Below, piece by piece: positions 16,239 through 22,281 of a DNA stretch of 32,079 nucleotides. The stretch lies in IMG/VR virus record IMGVR_UViG_3300009450_000002, positions 1 to 32,079 of that record. One strand, given 5' to 3'. How positions within the stretch are numbered: the stretch's first letter is position 1; every line of letters starts with the position of its first letter. The notes under the pieces were generated by a model. That model did no database searches and was not told the DNA's origin. It saw only the letters and a list, made by a program, of their open reading frames with translations. Origin of the DNA: a virus. The position numbers were made by a program, and so were the translations under genes.

Positions 16239-16586
16239 CTAGAACGGTATGTCATCCTCCGAGGTTTCCACCTTGCCACCATCGGAAGTCAAACGATACC
16301 ACCTGCCAGAAGGAATGTCGCACACAGGATTGAACGGGTCTTGCCATGACCTCAGTTTGTGACCATAGCCTCTGGCCTTCTCAGCCATGTCAGCATCACT
16401 CTCCATGGCCCCGTTCCATAGGGCACAAACGAGGATGATGTTTGTCACATCCTGTTCACGTTGTTTCGATCCACCGGCCTGACGGTTCTTCCGGTGATGT
16501 GGCACGAGGTCTGTGTCGTCACCACAATGCCAGCACCACTGATCGCGTGCCCGTAACTGTTTCAGTAACGCCGGTTTCAATGACAT
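16239..16586 (-). CDS. HNH endonuclease with an SSB-like C-terminal tip (EDDIPF)
   Basis: CWHCG...LVPHHRKNR...NIILVC..WN is an HNH motif. The last codons gag gat gac ata ccg ttc tag were read directly. Confidence 0.8.
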   Translation of the reverse strand: MSLKPALLKQLRARDQWCWHCGDDTDLVPHHRKNRQAGGSKQREQDVTNIILVCALWNGAMESDADMAEKARGYGHKLRSWQDPFNPVCDIPSGRWYRLTSDGGKVETSEDDIPF

Positions 16587-16592
16587 GAAGGG

Positions 16593-16598
16593 AGTCTA
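16593..16598 (-). promoter_or_regulatory. Candidate -10 box (TAGACT) for a leaderless transcript of the HNH operon
   Basis: TAGACT ends 6 nt before ATG 16586. There is no Shine-Dalgarno sequence, and this spacing is typical of actinobacterial leaderless mRNAs. Confidence 0.3.
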
Positions 16599-16613
16599 TC
16601 TGATGTCACCGAG

Positions 16614-16619
16614 TATCCT
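16614..16619 (+). promoter_or_regulatory. Candidate -10 box (TATCCT) for the tmRNA-like RNA
   Basis: This TAnnnT hexamer ends 6 nt before G16626, the first base of the acceptor stem. No convincing -35 is present. Confidence 0.3.
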
Positions 16620-16625
16620 GGATGA

Positions 16626-16704
16626 GGGCCTGGATGGTTTCGACTGGTATGGAAACCGCGTATGCGACCGTGTCAGGACCTGGGTTCGACTCCCAGCAGG
16701 TCCA
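16626..16704 (+). ncRNA. tmRNA tRNA-like-domain (TLD)-only element / Ala-type acceptor minihelix RNA
   Basis: GGGCCUG (16626-16632) pairs with CAGGUCC (16697-16703), giving 7 bp with a G-U third pair, followed by A16704. The T arm is CUGGG-UUCGACU-CCCAG (16680-16696), preceded by GGAC. The 5' GAUGGUUUCGACUGG resembles the tmRNA D-loop motif. No anticodon arm can be drawn. Confidence 0.5.
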
Positions 16705-16775
16705 CTGTTATTTCAGTAGTCTATACAGTGGTAAAACGGTAGCGTAGGCGCACATTATTTGCACCCTACTTCCCG

Positions 16776-16814
16776 CCTAAGTGTGGGCCCCAACCCCATC
16801 AACCCACACTTAGG
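16776..16814. repeat. Perfect 12-bp inverted repeat (hairpin), possibly a terminator or protein-binding site
   Basis: CCTAAGTGTGGG (16776-16787) and CCCACACTTAGG (16803-16814) flank a 15-nt C-rich loop. Neither side has a U-tract. Confidence 0.8.
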
Positions 16815-16899
16815 ATGCTAAACGTTGGTTGTCACAAAACAGTGTTGAAAGTGTGACATTAGGCTCACTGTCATTCAGCACCGAGTTTCCTATGAGAAC

Positions 16900-17226
16900 T
16901 CATAGACGCATTTCAGCCTGGAGTAGTTTCGCTATCGTCGCGTTCGCCATGATTTCAGACTCAATGACCCGCAACTTCATCCTGATACGGTTCACAGAAG
17001 CCTTCGCCAGATCACGTTCCAGTTTCTGATCAGCCGTGTCTAGCGTCGCTTGCGCATTTCTCTCAGCAACTGACCCTCCAGCGCTAAGAAACGAATGAGC
17101 CTGTGCTGTGTCCAGTTTATGTTCAGCCTCAGCCAAAACATTCTCAGCCTCATGTAGGGCATCAACTCCCTTCCTGTTCGTCGATGTCAATTCCTGCAAC
17201 GCTTGGATTACTTCTGACGGTTGCAA
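16900..17226 (-). CDS. Coiled-coil hypothetical protein, 108 aa
   Basis: ORF track. The start is TTG at 17226, with GGAGG 6 nt upstream. Confidence 0.5.
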   Translation of the reverse strand: MQPSEVIQALQELTSTNRKGVDALHEAENVLAEAEHKLDTAQAHSFLSAGGSVAERNAQATLDTADQKLERDLAKASVNRIRMKLRVIESEIMANATIAKLLQAEMRL

Positions 17227-17291
17227 TCAGCACCTCCACTCTCTCTCTGAGGACTGCCGTCCAGAACAGAACATCCTCAAGGTTCCCACGG

Positions 17292-17819
17292 TCATTCGCT
17301 TCCTGCAACGCCTGAGCCACTTCCTTCACCGACGCTAGAAGCACTCTCCATTCGTTGGGCACGTTGCTTCACCTTATCTAGTGTGGCCTGGTCTACACCG
17401 GCACGTTTCGCTTCACTCCATAGTAGACGGAGGGTGTCGACATCTGTCATAGCGTCAGCCTCAGTAACCCAGTCGCGTGTCTGATGACGTTCCACCTTCT
17501 GCATTTCTTCTTGTGACGGTCGCTTCGACCCAGAGAACTCTGACCCTAGATCAGCGAGGGCGCGGCCGATGGCAGACGTCGCACAGTTTTCGATATGACT
17601 GACACGGTTGACCGGTGATGTGTCAGGGCGTTCCTCAGCGTAGTCAGTGGTGACCGGCATTGGGTCATCGCGATCAGTCCACACTGACGCCTTAATAATG
17701 ATTTGCTGTTCCTCGAAGTGGACGATTTCTGTGTGGATGCGGCCCTCTGGGAAGCGCTTCCAGAACAGGTCCACACGTTCTGCAACAGTCGAATACTGAC
17801 TGAGGTCGAATCTAGCCAT
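17292..17819 (-). CDS. Putative Rad52/Sak-like single-strand annealing protein
   Basis: IENCATSAIGRALADLG resembles the Rad52-family ExxAxTxAxxRALxxxG helix. It lies immediately downstream of, and overlaps, the YqaJ-type exonuclease gene. Confidence 0.5.
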   Translation of the reverse strand: MARFDLSQYSTVAERVDLFWKRFPEGRIHTEIVHFEEQQIIIKASVWTDRDDPMPVTTDYAEERPDTSPVNRVSHIENCATSAIGRALADLGSEFSGSKRPSQEEMQKVERHQTRDWVTEADAMTDVDTLRLLWSEAKRAGVDQATLDKVKQRAQRMESASSVGEGSGSGVAGSE

Positions 17820-18741
17820 TAGTTTTTCCCTTCTTGATTACTAACCACGGGGCACCTTTACCCCTGGACTGCCTTGACGTTACACGTTCACCGGCGATAA
17901 GACCATGACGGGATGACCCCATCACACCCAGAACCTCCGACTTCAGTGCCATCAAATCCTTCTCAGCGCCATCGAACGCTAACTGTGCCTGGAGAAGTCT
18001 GGAACCCAGGTCACCCAACTCGACCTCATCATCGGTGATGTCAAGGTTCAGTTGCCGTTGTGCCTCATACGTGGACTTCGACCCATCCCACACAGGTTGG
18101 ACATGTTTCTGTACGTGTTCCCAGAAGCGCTTAGCGTGCGACCGTTGCGCATCCACCTCGAACTGATCCCACTCGATGTAGTGTTCCTCCCAGTTCCAAC
18201 CAGCGACACCTACGATGACACCACGCTCCAGGTGCAACACATCCATGTAGTGCAACACTTGGGCACGATAAGCCGGTGGCACATCATCCCAGAATGACCT
18301 CGATGTTTTAACCTCGACGACTATCCACTCACCTGTGTCACGGTTCTCAGCGATCGCGTCAGGGTTTGCGTGCATGAACGGATATTCAGGGTGACGCCAT
18401 GTCCCAGTGAGGTACACATCCCATTCAGGGTTCTCGGCCTGCCACATCTGCAGGATAGGGTTCTCAAAGGCATTGCCAAACTTCACCGCCCAGTTGTCGA
18501 CTGGCGGGTCAGCGATCTGTCCTGTGCGCTTACACCACAGTTTGAAGGCTGACTCCCACGGATTGAGTCCCATGATGGTTCCAATTTCTGAGCCACCGAT
18601 ACCCTCAGCGCGTAGGGCGTGCCATTCCTCAGACCCTGACTCAGGCATTCCTAACCAGATCGCGTCGTTGAATGTTTCTTTCAATGTTTCGAACTCTCTA
18701 TGTTTTCCCATACCATTGAGTCTATGACCCACCGCCGACAA
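17812..18741 (-). CDS. YqaJ / lambda-Exo-like recombination exonuclease
   Basis: GSEEWHALRAEGIGGSEIGTIMGLNPWESAFKLW is a YqaJ N-terminal motif, and VVEVKTS is PD-(D/E)xK-like. The start is uncertain: TTG 18741, GTG 18732 or ATG 18711. Confidence 0.8.
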   Translation of the reverse strand: MSAVGHRLNGMGKHREFETLKETFNDAIWLGMPESGSEEWHALRAEGIGGSEIGTIMGLNPWESAFKLWCKRTGQIADPPVDNWAVKFGNAFENPILQMWQAENPEWDVYLTGTWRHPEYPFMHANPDAIAENRDTGEWIVVEVKTSRSFWDDVPPAYRAQVLHYMDVLHLERGVIVGVAGWNWEEHYIEWDQFEVDAQRSHAKRFWEHVQKHVQPVWDGSKSTYEAQRQLNLDITDDEVELGDLGSRLLQAQLAFDGAEKDLMALKSEVLGVMGSSRHGLIAGERVTSRQSRGKGAPWLVIKKGKTNG

Positions 18742-18978
18742 AGACCACTAGACGTATTCAACGCTGAACGTGACACGGTCGAGTCGACACCGTGCGAGTC
18801 CTTCCCTGACCTGTTCTTCCCTGAGGACATCCCTGCAGGGCAAACACGGAAACAGGCCATCCAAATGGCGAAGCAACTATGTGCTACTTGCCCCATCCAA
18901 ATGGCCTGCTTCGAGTATGCGATTACGGCGAAGGAACGGTTCGGTATCTGGGCCGGAACACTACCAAGCGACAGATAG
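18700..18978 (+). CDS. whiB: WhiB-family transcriptional regulator
   Basis: The spacing C-X28-C-X2-C-X5-C (TPC...LCATCPIQMAC) is followed by GIWAG (the GIWGG turn) and a basic tail. The start is ATG 18700 or 18724. Confidence 0.85.
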   Translation: MFSHTIESMTHRRQRPLDVFNAERDTVESTPCESFPDLFFPEDIPAGQTRKQAIQMAKQLCATCPIQMACFEYAITAKERFGIWAGTLPSDR

Positions 18979-19143
18979 AAGGTCACTCAGGTGGCCAGGT
19001 GTGGACGACACTAAGTCCTCCATAACGCCAGCCCAACTGTTCCCCTGAACACGGAACGCCTCTGACTGGTTTGCATACACGATGACCGTCCACTGAGGGT
19101 CCAGGTGTGAGTCGTAGAAGAACTCCATGCTGACATCAGACAT
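18961..19143 (-). CDS. Hypothetical protein, 60 aa
   Basis: I trimmed the track ORF to ATG 19143, which is preceded by GGAGGA. TGATG couples it to the upstream small ORF. Confidence 0.5.
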   Translation of the reverse strand: MSDVSMEFFYDSHLDPQWTVIVYANQSEAFRVQGNSWAGVMEDLVSSTPGHLSDLLSVAW

Positions 19144-19310
19144 CAGCCGTCCTCCCACTCACGGTCATCCTCGAACTGCCAGGTGAGGTGATCGCGTAGG
19201 TCACGTGCCTGCTTCTGGCTGAGGATGAGGAACCCGTTGTCGTCGAGTGACCATGGCTCATCCAACATGATCCTCATTTCCCTACCATCAAACGATACAA
19301 ATGCGTTCAT
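19143..19310 (-). CDS. Hypothetical acidic protein, 55 aa
   Basis: Not in the track. Sequence is MNAFVSFDGREMRIMLDEPWSLDDNGFLILSQKQARDLRDHLTWQFEDDREWEDG. It is packed tightly between the neighbouring genes. Confidence 0.5.
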   Translation of the reverse strand: MNAFVSFDGREMRIMLDEPWSLDDNGFLILSQKQARDLRDHLTWQFEDDREWEDG

Positions 19311-19311
19311 G

Positions 19312-19458
19312 TCAGTTTCCCTTCGTTAGTTTGTATGTCGCCCAGGCTAATAGACCCAAGCCGATGAGTGTGGACCCGTTGATGACGGCCAGCGGGTTAA
19401 CCATTCCAGGTACCAGTGTGAACAGTGCACCTGCACCAAACACAACCCACCACCTCAT
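19312..19458 (-). CDS. 48-aa two-TM membrane protein
   Basis: I trimmed the track ORF to ATG 19458, which has an ATGA overlap with the upstream stop. Sequence is MRWWVVFGAGALFTLVPGMVNPLAVINGSTLIGLGLLAWATYKLTKGN. Confidence 0.5.
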   Translation of the reverse strand: MRWWVVFGAGALFTLVPGMVNPLAVINGSTLIGLGLLAWATYKLTKGN

Positions 19459-19805
19459 GCGATCACCGCCGTGAGTGCCACGGTCAATGCGATGTTGATG
19501 GCCAGCGACACAAACATGCTGACTGTGACGAACCGTGACTCGATCCAATCCATGCTCCAGAACGCCTGACGCTTCTGTTGCTTCAGTAGACGCTCCGACT
19601 CTTTCCTGGTCATTCGCTTCTCACCCAGGTCAACACCGACGTTCCCTCCCCACAAGGACTGAACCTTGTCGAAGAACCTTGCATCCTCGACGATGGCACT
19701 CAGTAGATACTGTGGGATTGGCTGACCCTCATGTGACTTCCACCATCTGATGATGTCGTCAATCTTCTCTTGGTCAGAGATTTCTGTTTGCTTGTAGTAG
19801 CCCAC
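19455..19805 (-). CDS. Membrane-anchored hypothetical protein with a C-terminal TM
   Basis: I trimmed the track ORF to GTG 19805, which has AAGGGAG 6 nt upstream. The C-terminal hydrophobic segment is VTVSMFVSLAINIALTVALTAVIA. Confidence 0.5.
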   Translation of the reverse strand: MGYYKQTEISDQEKIDDIIRWWKSHEGQPIPQYLLSAIVEDARFFDKVQSLWGGNVGVDLGEKRMTRKESERLLKQQKRQAFWSMDWIESRFVTVSMFVSLAINIALTVALTAVIA

Positions 19806-19899
19806 GGTGGACTCCCTTCTCTTTTGGTAGTCACCACAATAGCGTGTAGTGTAAGCAGTAGACAGTAACAAATGGTTACATTTTGATAACGAAGGATGT

Positions 19900-20121
19900 A
19901 TGATGGTTGACATGCACTCATTTGATTTCCACGCCTACGACACCATGACTATCGAACAGTTGTCAGAGGTTCGCCATGACGGTCTGAAGCGTATCGACAC
20001 AATCACCAAGGTGATGCGCGATCATGTTCGTCAGGAACACTCCGAGGGTGCCCCCATCCTGAAACTAGCGAAACGTGCAGGCGTCACACGCCCTACCATC
20101 TACGCCTGGTTGTCAGAATAA
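19900..20121 (+). CDS. Small HTH DNA-binding protein (Cro/Xis-like)
   Basis: The C-terminus LKLAKRAGVTRPTIYAWLSE is a helix-turn-helix. GAAGGA precedes the start, which is ATG 19900 or 19903. Confidence 0.6.
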   Translation: MMVDMHSFDFHAYDTMTIEQLSEVRHDGLKRIDTITKVMRDHVRQEHSEGAPILKLAKRAGVTRPTIYAWLSE

Positions 20122-20124
20122 AGA

Positions 20125-20160
20125 AGGGCCGCCCTGGATGGTGGAAAACAGGGCGACCCT
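20125..20160. terminator. Stem-loop between convergent genes
   Basis: AGGGCCGCCCTG / 12-nt loop / CAGGGCGACCCT, giving 7 bp plus 4 bp with one mismatch. Confidence 0.55.
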
Positions 20161-20211
20161 AGAACGGAAAACCAGAGAGAAGGAACAACCGTTCGTCTAC
20201 TAGCCTACCAT

Positions 20212-20304
20212 CTACTGGCAGGACTCACACTGAAGCAAATCCATCGGGTCCACAGGAACCTCGAACCCATCAACCTTCTCAATGTTGTCGAACGGGTTAC
20301 TCAT
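20212..20304 (-). CDS. Possible 30-aa peptide at the end of the lysis cassette
   Basis: ATG 20304 overlaps the holin stop by 8 nt. Sequence is MSNPFDNIEKVDGFEVPVDPMDLLQCESCQ. Evidence is weak. Confidence 0.3.
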   Translation of the reverse strand: MSNPFDNIEKVDGFEVPVDPMDLLQCESCQ

Positions 20305-20503
20305 CCACAGGCTTCCGGTCATACTGCAACACTGAGGTGAGCAGTGACATGATACCTGACAGTGCGGCGACACTAGCAACATTGACCCAGTCAACATCAA
20401 AAATGCCGACGGCTCCGACAGACATGGTTGCTAACGCGGTCTGTGCCACGGTTTTAATTGCGCGTTCTCCAGAGTATTTCCAGAACAAGGTCCACTTAGC
20501 CAT
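20297..20503 (-). CDS. Holin, phage r1t-like family
   Basis: I trimmed the track ORF to ATG 20503. GERAIKTVAQTALA...VDW...SLLTS matches the ERAIKTFAQ signature I recall for r1t-type holins. Confidence 0.65.
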   Translation of the reverse strand: MAKWTLFWKYSGERAIKTVAQTALATMSVGAVGIFDVDWVNVASVAALSGIMSLLTSVLQYDRKPVDE

Positions 20504-20729
20504 CAGGGTTCTCCATTTCGTTTGTGTGATGCCATTTGTCGTCCACTGTACCAAACCCGATATATGCTGACGCGACAAGTGTCACAAGGGCCACGCCTCC
20601 AGTGATGAGTTCGCCAGTGATCTTGTCTTGGAACAAACCGATAGCGCCCAGACCTATCATGCTGAACCCACCCACGATGGATGACCAGATGATGCGTCGA
20701 CGGATACGCCATGAAGGTTTAGACATCAA
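20496..20729 (-). CDS. Two-TM membrane protein of the lysis cassette (second holin/antiholin candidate)
   Basis: 77 aa with a basic N-terminus followed by two hydrophobic spans. Confidence 0.55.
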   Translation of the reverse strand: MMSKPSWRIRRRIIWSSIVGGFSMIGLGAIGLFQDKITGELITGGVALVTLVASAYIGFGTVDDKWHHTNEMENPDG

Positions 20730-20982
20730 GGAACCTTATGATGACTGGCATGAGGGCACTGACGAACCCAGCGATCGCCATGATTTGCCACACACGTTTC
20801 TCAGTGATGCGGATGCGCTTCTCATGGTCTGCTAACTGTTCCTTCACTTCCGACTCCAAATCGTCCAACTGTTTGGACATGGATGGTAGAGAGTTGGCCA
20901 GTTTCTCCAGTAGCGATTTCATTTCTTGCACTTGTTGATAGACCTCTTTGAGTGTGATGCGGGCAGACGGTTCGTCAGACAT
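20719..20982 (-). CDS. Coiled-coil protein with a C-terminal TM (lysis accessory candidate)
   Basis: 87 aa. TAATG couples it to the endolysin stop. The C-terminus is WQIMAIAGFVSALMPVIIRFL. Confidence 0.55.
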   Translation of the reverse strand: MSDEPSARITLKEVYQQVQEMKSLLEKLANSLPSMSKQLDDLESEVKEQLADHEKRIRITEKRVWQIMAIAGFVSALMPVIIRFLDV

Positions 20983-21686
20983 TAGATTGTCCCGTCATTC
21001 AGGGCACGCTGTAGGGCGCTGATGGTTAGCCTGCCCCATTTGCCATCCGGTTTCACACCTAGTTTCTGTTGCACGGCCGTGCGAGTGTTGAAGCCGAGAA
21101 CACCGTCGACCTTTGTCCCAGCCCATTCCTGCATCGCACGGTAGGTCATGACACCTGGACGGCCGTCAGGGACACCCTTGTACAGTCCACGCTTCTTGAG
21201 TGCCGTTTGGAAAGCCTTCCACGTGTTCCTCCCTAGCCTTCCATCGACTTTGATTGGTGCTGTTGTCACTGAAGGGGAACCCTGGAGGAAGGGAACAGGG
21301 TCTTGAGTGTCGCCCCATCGCCTTGATCGCCTAGTTTCCATGTGCAGATGTGGCCCTGTGGACGCCCCAGTGTTGCCACTGAATGCGATTAGGTCACCTA
21401 ACTGGACACGGGCACCCTTCGTCAGGTGTGACGCCTTCTCGAGGTGATAGTACACAGTGAACAAGTCGTCAGCATGTTTGATGATCAGTGTGTGGCCACC
21501 ACTGTTCCCGTATCCCTTGTGGACGACGACACCGTCTGCAGGTGCATTGAGTGGTGTACCTGTGGGCATGGCCACGTCGATGCCGTGGTGAAAGGTGACA
21601 CGCCCTGTTATGGGATGACGTCTGGGTCCAAAGGGACTACGGGCGTTGACGGTGTAGCCTTCGGGCCACGGTTGTTGGAGCCTCAT
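20982..21686 (-). CDS. Endolysin: M23 peptidase domain plus C-terminal peptidoglycan-binding repeats
   Basis: HHGIDVAMPTGTPL ... GNTGASTGPHLHME are the M23 HxxxD and HxH motifs. Two PG_binding_1-like repeats follow (DGRLG..TWKAFQ and DGVLG..TRTAVQ). Confidence 0.85.
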   Translation of the reverse strand: MRLQQPWPEGYTVNARSPFGPRRHPITGRVTFHHGIDVAMPTGTPLNAPADGVVVHKGYGNSGGHTLIIKHADDLFTVYYHLEKASHLTKGARVQLGDLIAFSGNTGASTGPHLHMETRRSRRWGDTQDPVPFLQGSPSVTTAPIKVDGRLGRNTWKAFQTALKKRGLYKGVPDGRPGVMTYRAMQEWAGTKVDGVLGFNTRTAVQQKLGVKPDGKWGRLTISALQRALNDGTI

Positions 21687-21689
21687 GGT

Positions 21690-21887
21690 TTACACCTTGT
21701 TAGCGTGTGTGACGAAACGGTCAACTGCCTTACGGTAACCAGACTGGATGATCAGATCGCGATCCTCATGCGCGTTGACAATGGTCATGAGAGTACTGCC
21801 AGGTTGCAGTGTGTTGTCGCCGTCCTGTAAATCAGCCCACGACATGATGAAGGCACGTGCGACTTGTTCAATCAGTTCGTCAGACAT
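21690..21887 (-). CDS. Hypothetical protein, 65 aa
   Basis: ORF track. There is an 8-nt overlap with the upstream gene. Confidence 0.55.
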   Translation of the reverse strand: MSDELIEQVARAFIMSWADLQDGDNTLQPGSTLMTIVNAHEDRDLIIQSGYRKAVDRFVTHANKV

Positions 21888-22281
21888 CGGCGGCTACCCA
21901 GTCCCCAGCATCCTCATCCCACACATAGGGAACAGGGTTGCCATCGGCATCAAGTTCTTCAGGCATCGTGATAGGTGCCACCCAAAGGCAAGTGTCCTCA
22001 TCGAGAACCCATGAAGGGTAGGGTTGTGGCGGGATGAAGGCATCGCGGGTTTCATCATACGAATAACCGATGCCTGCATAGTTGAACCGGAGTGCCTTAT
22101 TCTGGTCATCAGAAGGCAAACCGTCCGTATAGTGGACACCGCCCCTAGTGTTGTACGACGTTTGCTTATAAACATCACCAGTGCGCGCGGTCAGTTCAGC
22201 TTCCAGACCGTCATCCTCTTGACGCCCTACAGTTACGAAGGTCACAATGTTGTTGTCATCGAGTTTGGCAAAGTGGCTCAT
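21880..22281 (-). CDS. Conserved phage protein downstream of the fibre gene (function unknown)
   Basis: 133 aa. The N-terminus MSHFAKLDDNNIVTFVTV resembles a widespread phage family that I cannot name. Confidence 0.55.
   Translation of the reverse strand: MSHFAKLDDNNIVTFVTVGRQEDDGLEAELTARTGDVYKQTSYNTRGGVHYTDGLPSDDQNKALRFNYAGIGYSYDETRDAFIPPQPYPSWVLDEDTCLWVAPITMPEELDADGNPVPYVWDEDAGDWVAADV

Noticed and set aside
16626-16704. A standard tRNA gene
   Set aside because: The acceptor stem and T arm are canonical. However, the 47 nt between them cannot be drawn as a D arm plus a 5-bp anticodon stem with a 7-nt loop in any register I tried. I report it as a tmRNA-TLD-like element instead. tRNAscan-SE or ARAGORN should confirm this.
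16680-16704. A functional attP core for integration into a tRNA/tmRNA gene
   Set aside because: I could not recognise any tyrosine or serine recombinase or excisionase pair in the window. The element also carries a 5' acceptor/D-loop half that att cores do not need. I keep it only as an alternative explanation in the findings.
17162-17362. 66-aa minus-strand ORF bridging the annealase and coiled-coil genes
   Set aside because: It overlaps the 3' end of 17292-17819 by 70 nt and the 5' end of 16900-17226 by 65 nt. The 65-nt gap can be explained without it. The 16900-17226 gene has a good GGAGG-N6-TTG start.
18681-18986. 101-aa minus-strand ORF opposite whiB
   Set aside because: The plus-strand frame has an unmistakable WhiB Cys pattern and GIWAG motif. 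The minus-strand frame is Cys/Ser/Trp-rich with no recognisable features.
19907-19936. A third TTGACAT promoter box
   Set aside because: TTGACA at 19907-19912 is not followed by a TAnnnT hexamer at 16-19 nt. It also lies inside the 19900-20121 coding region.
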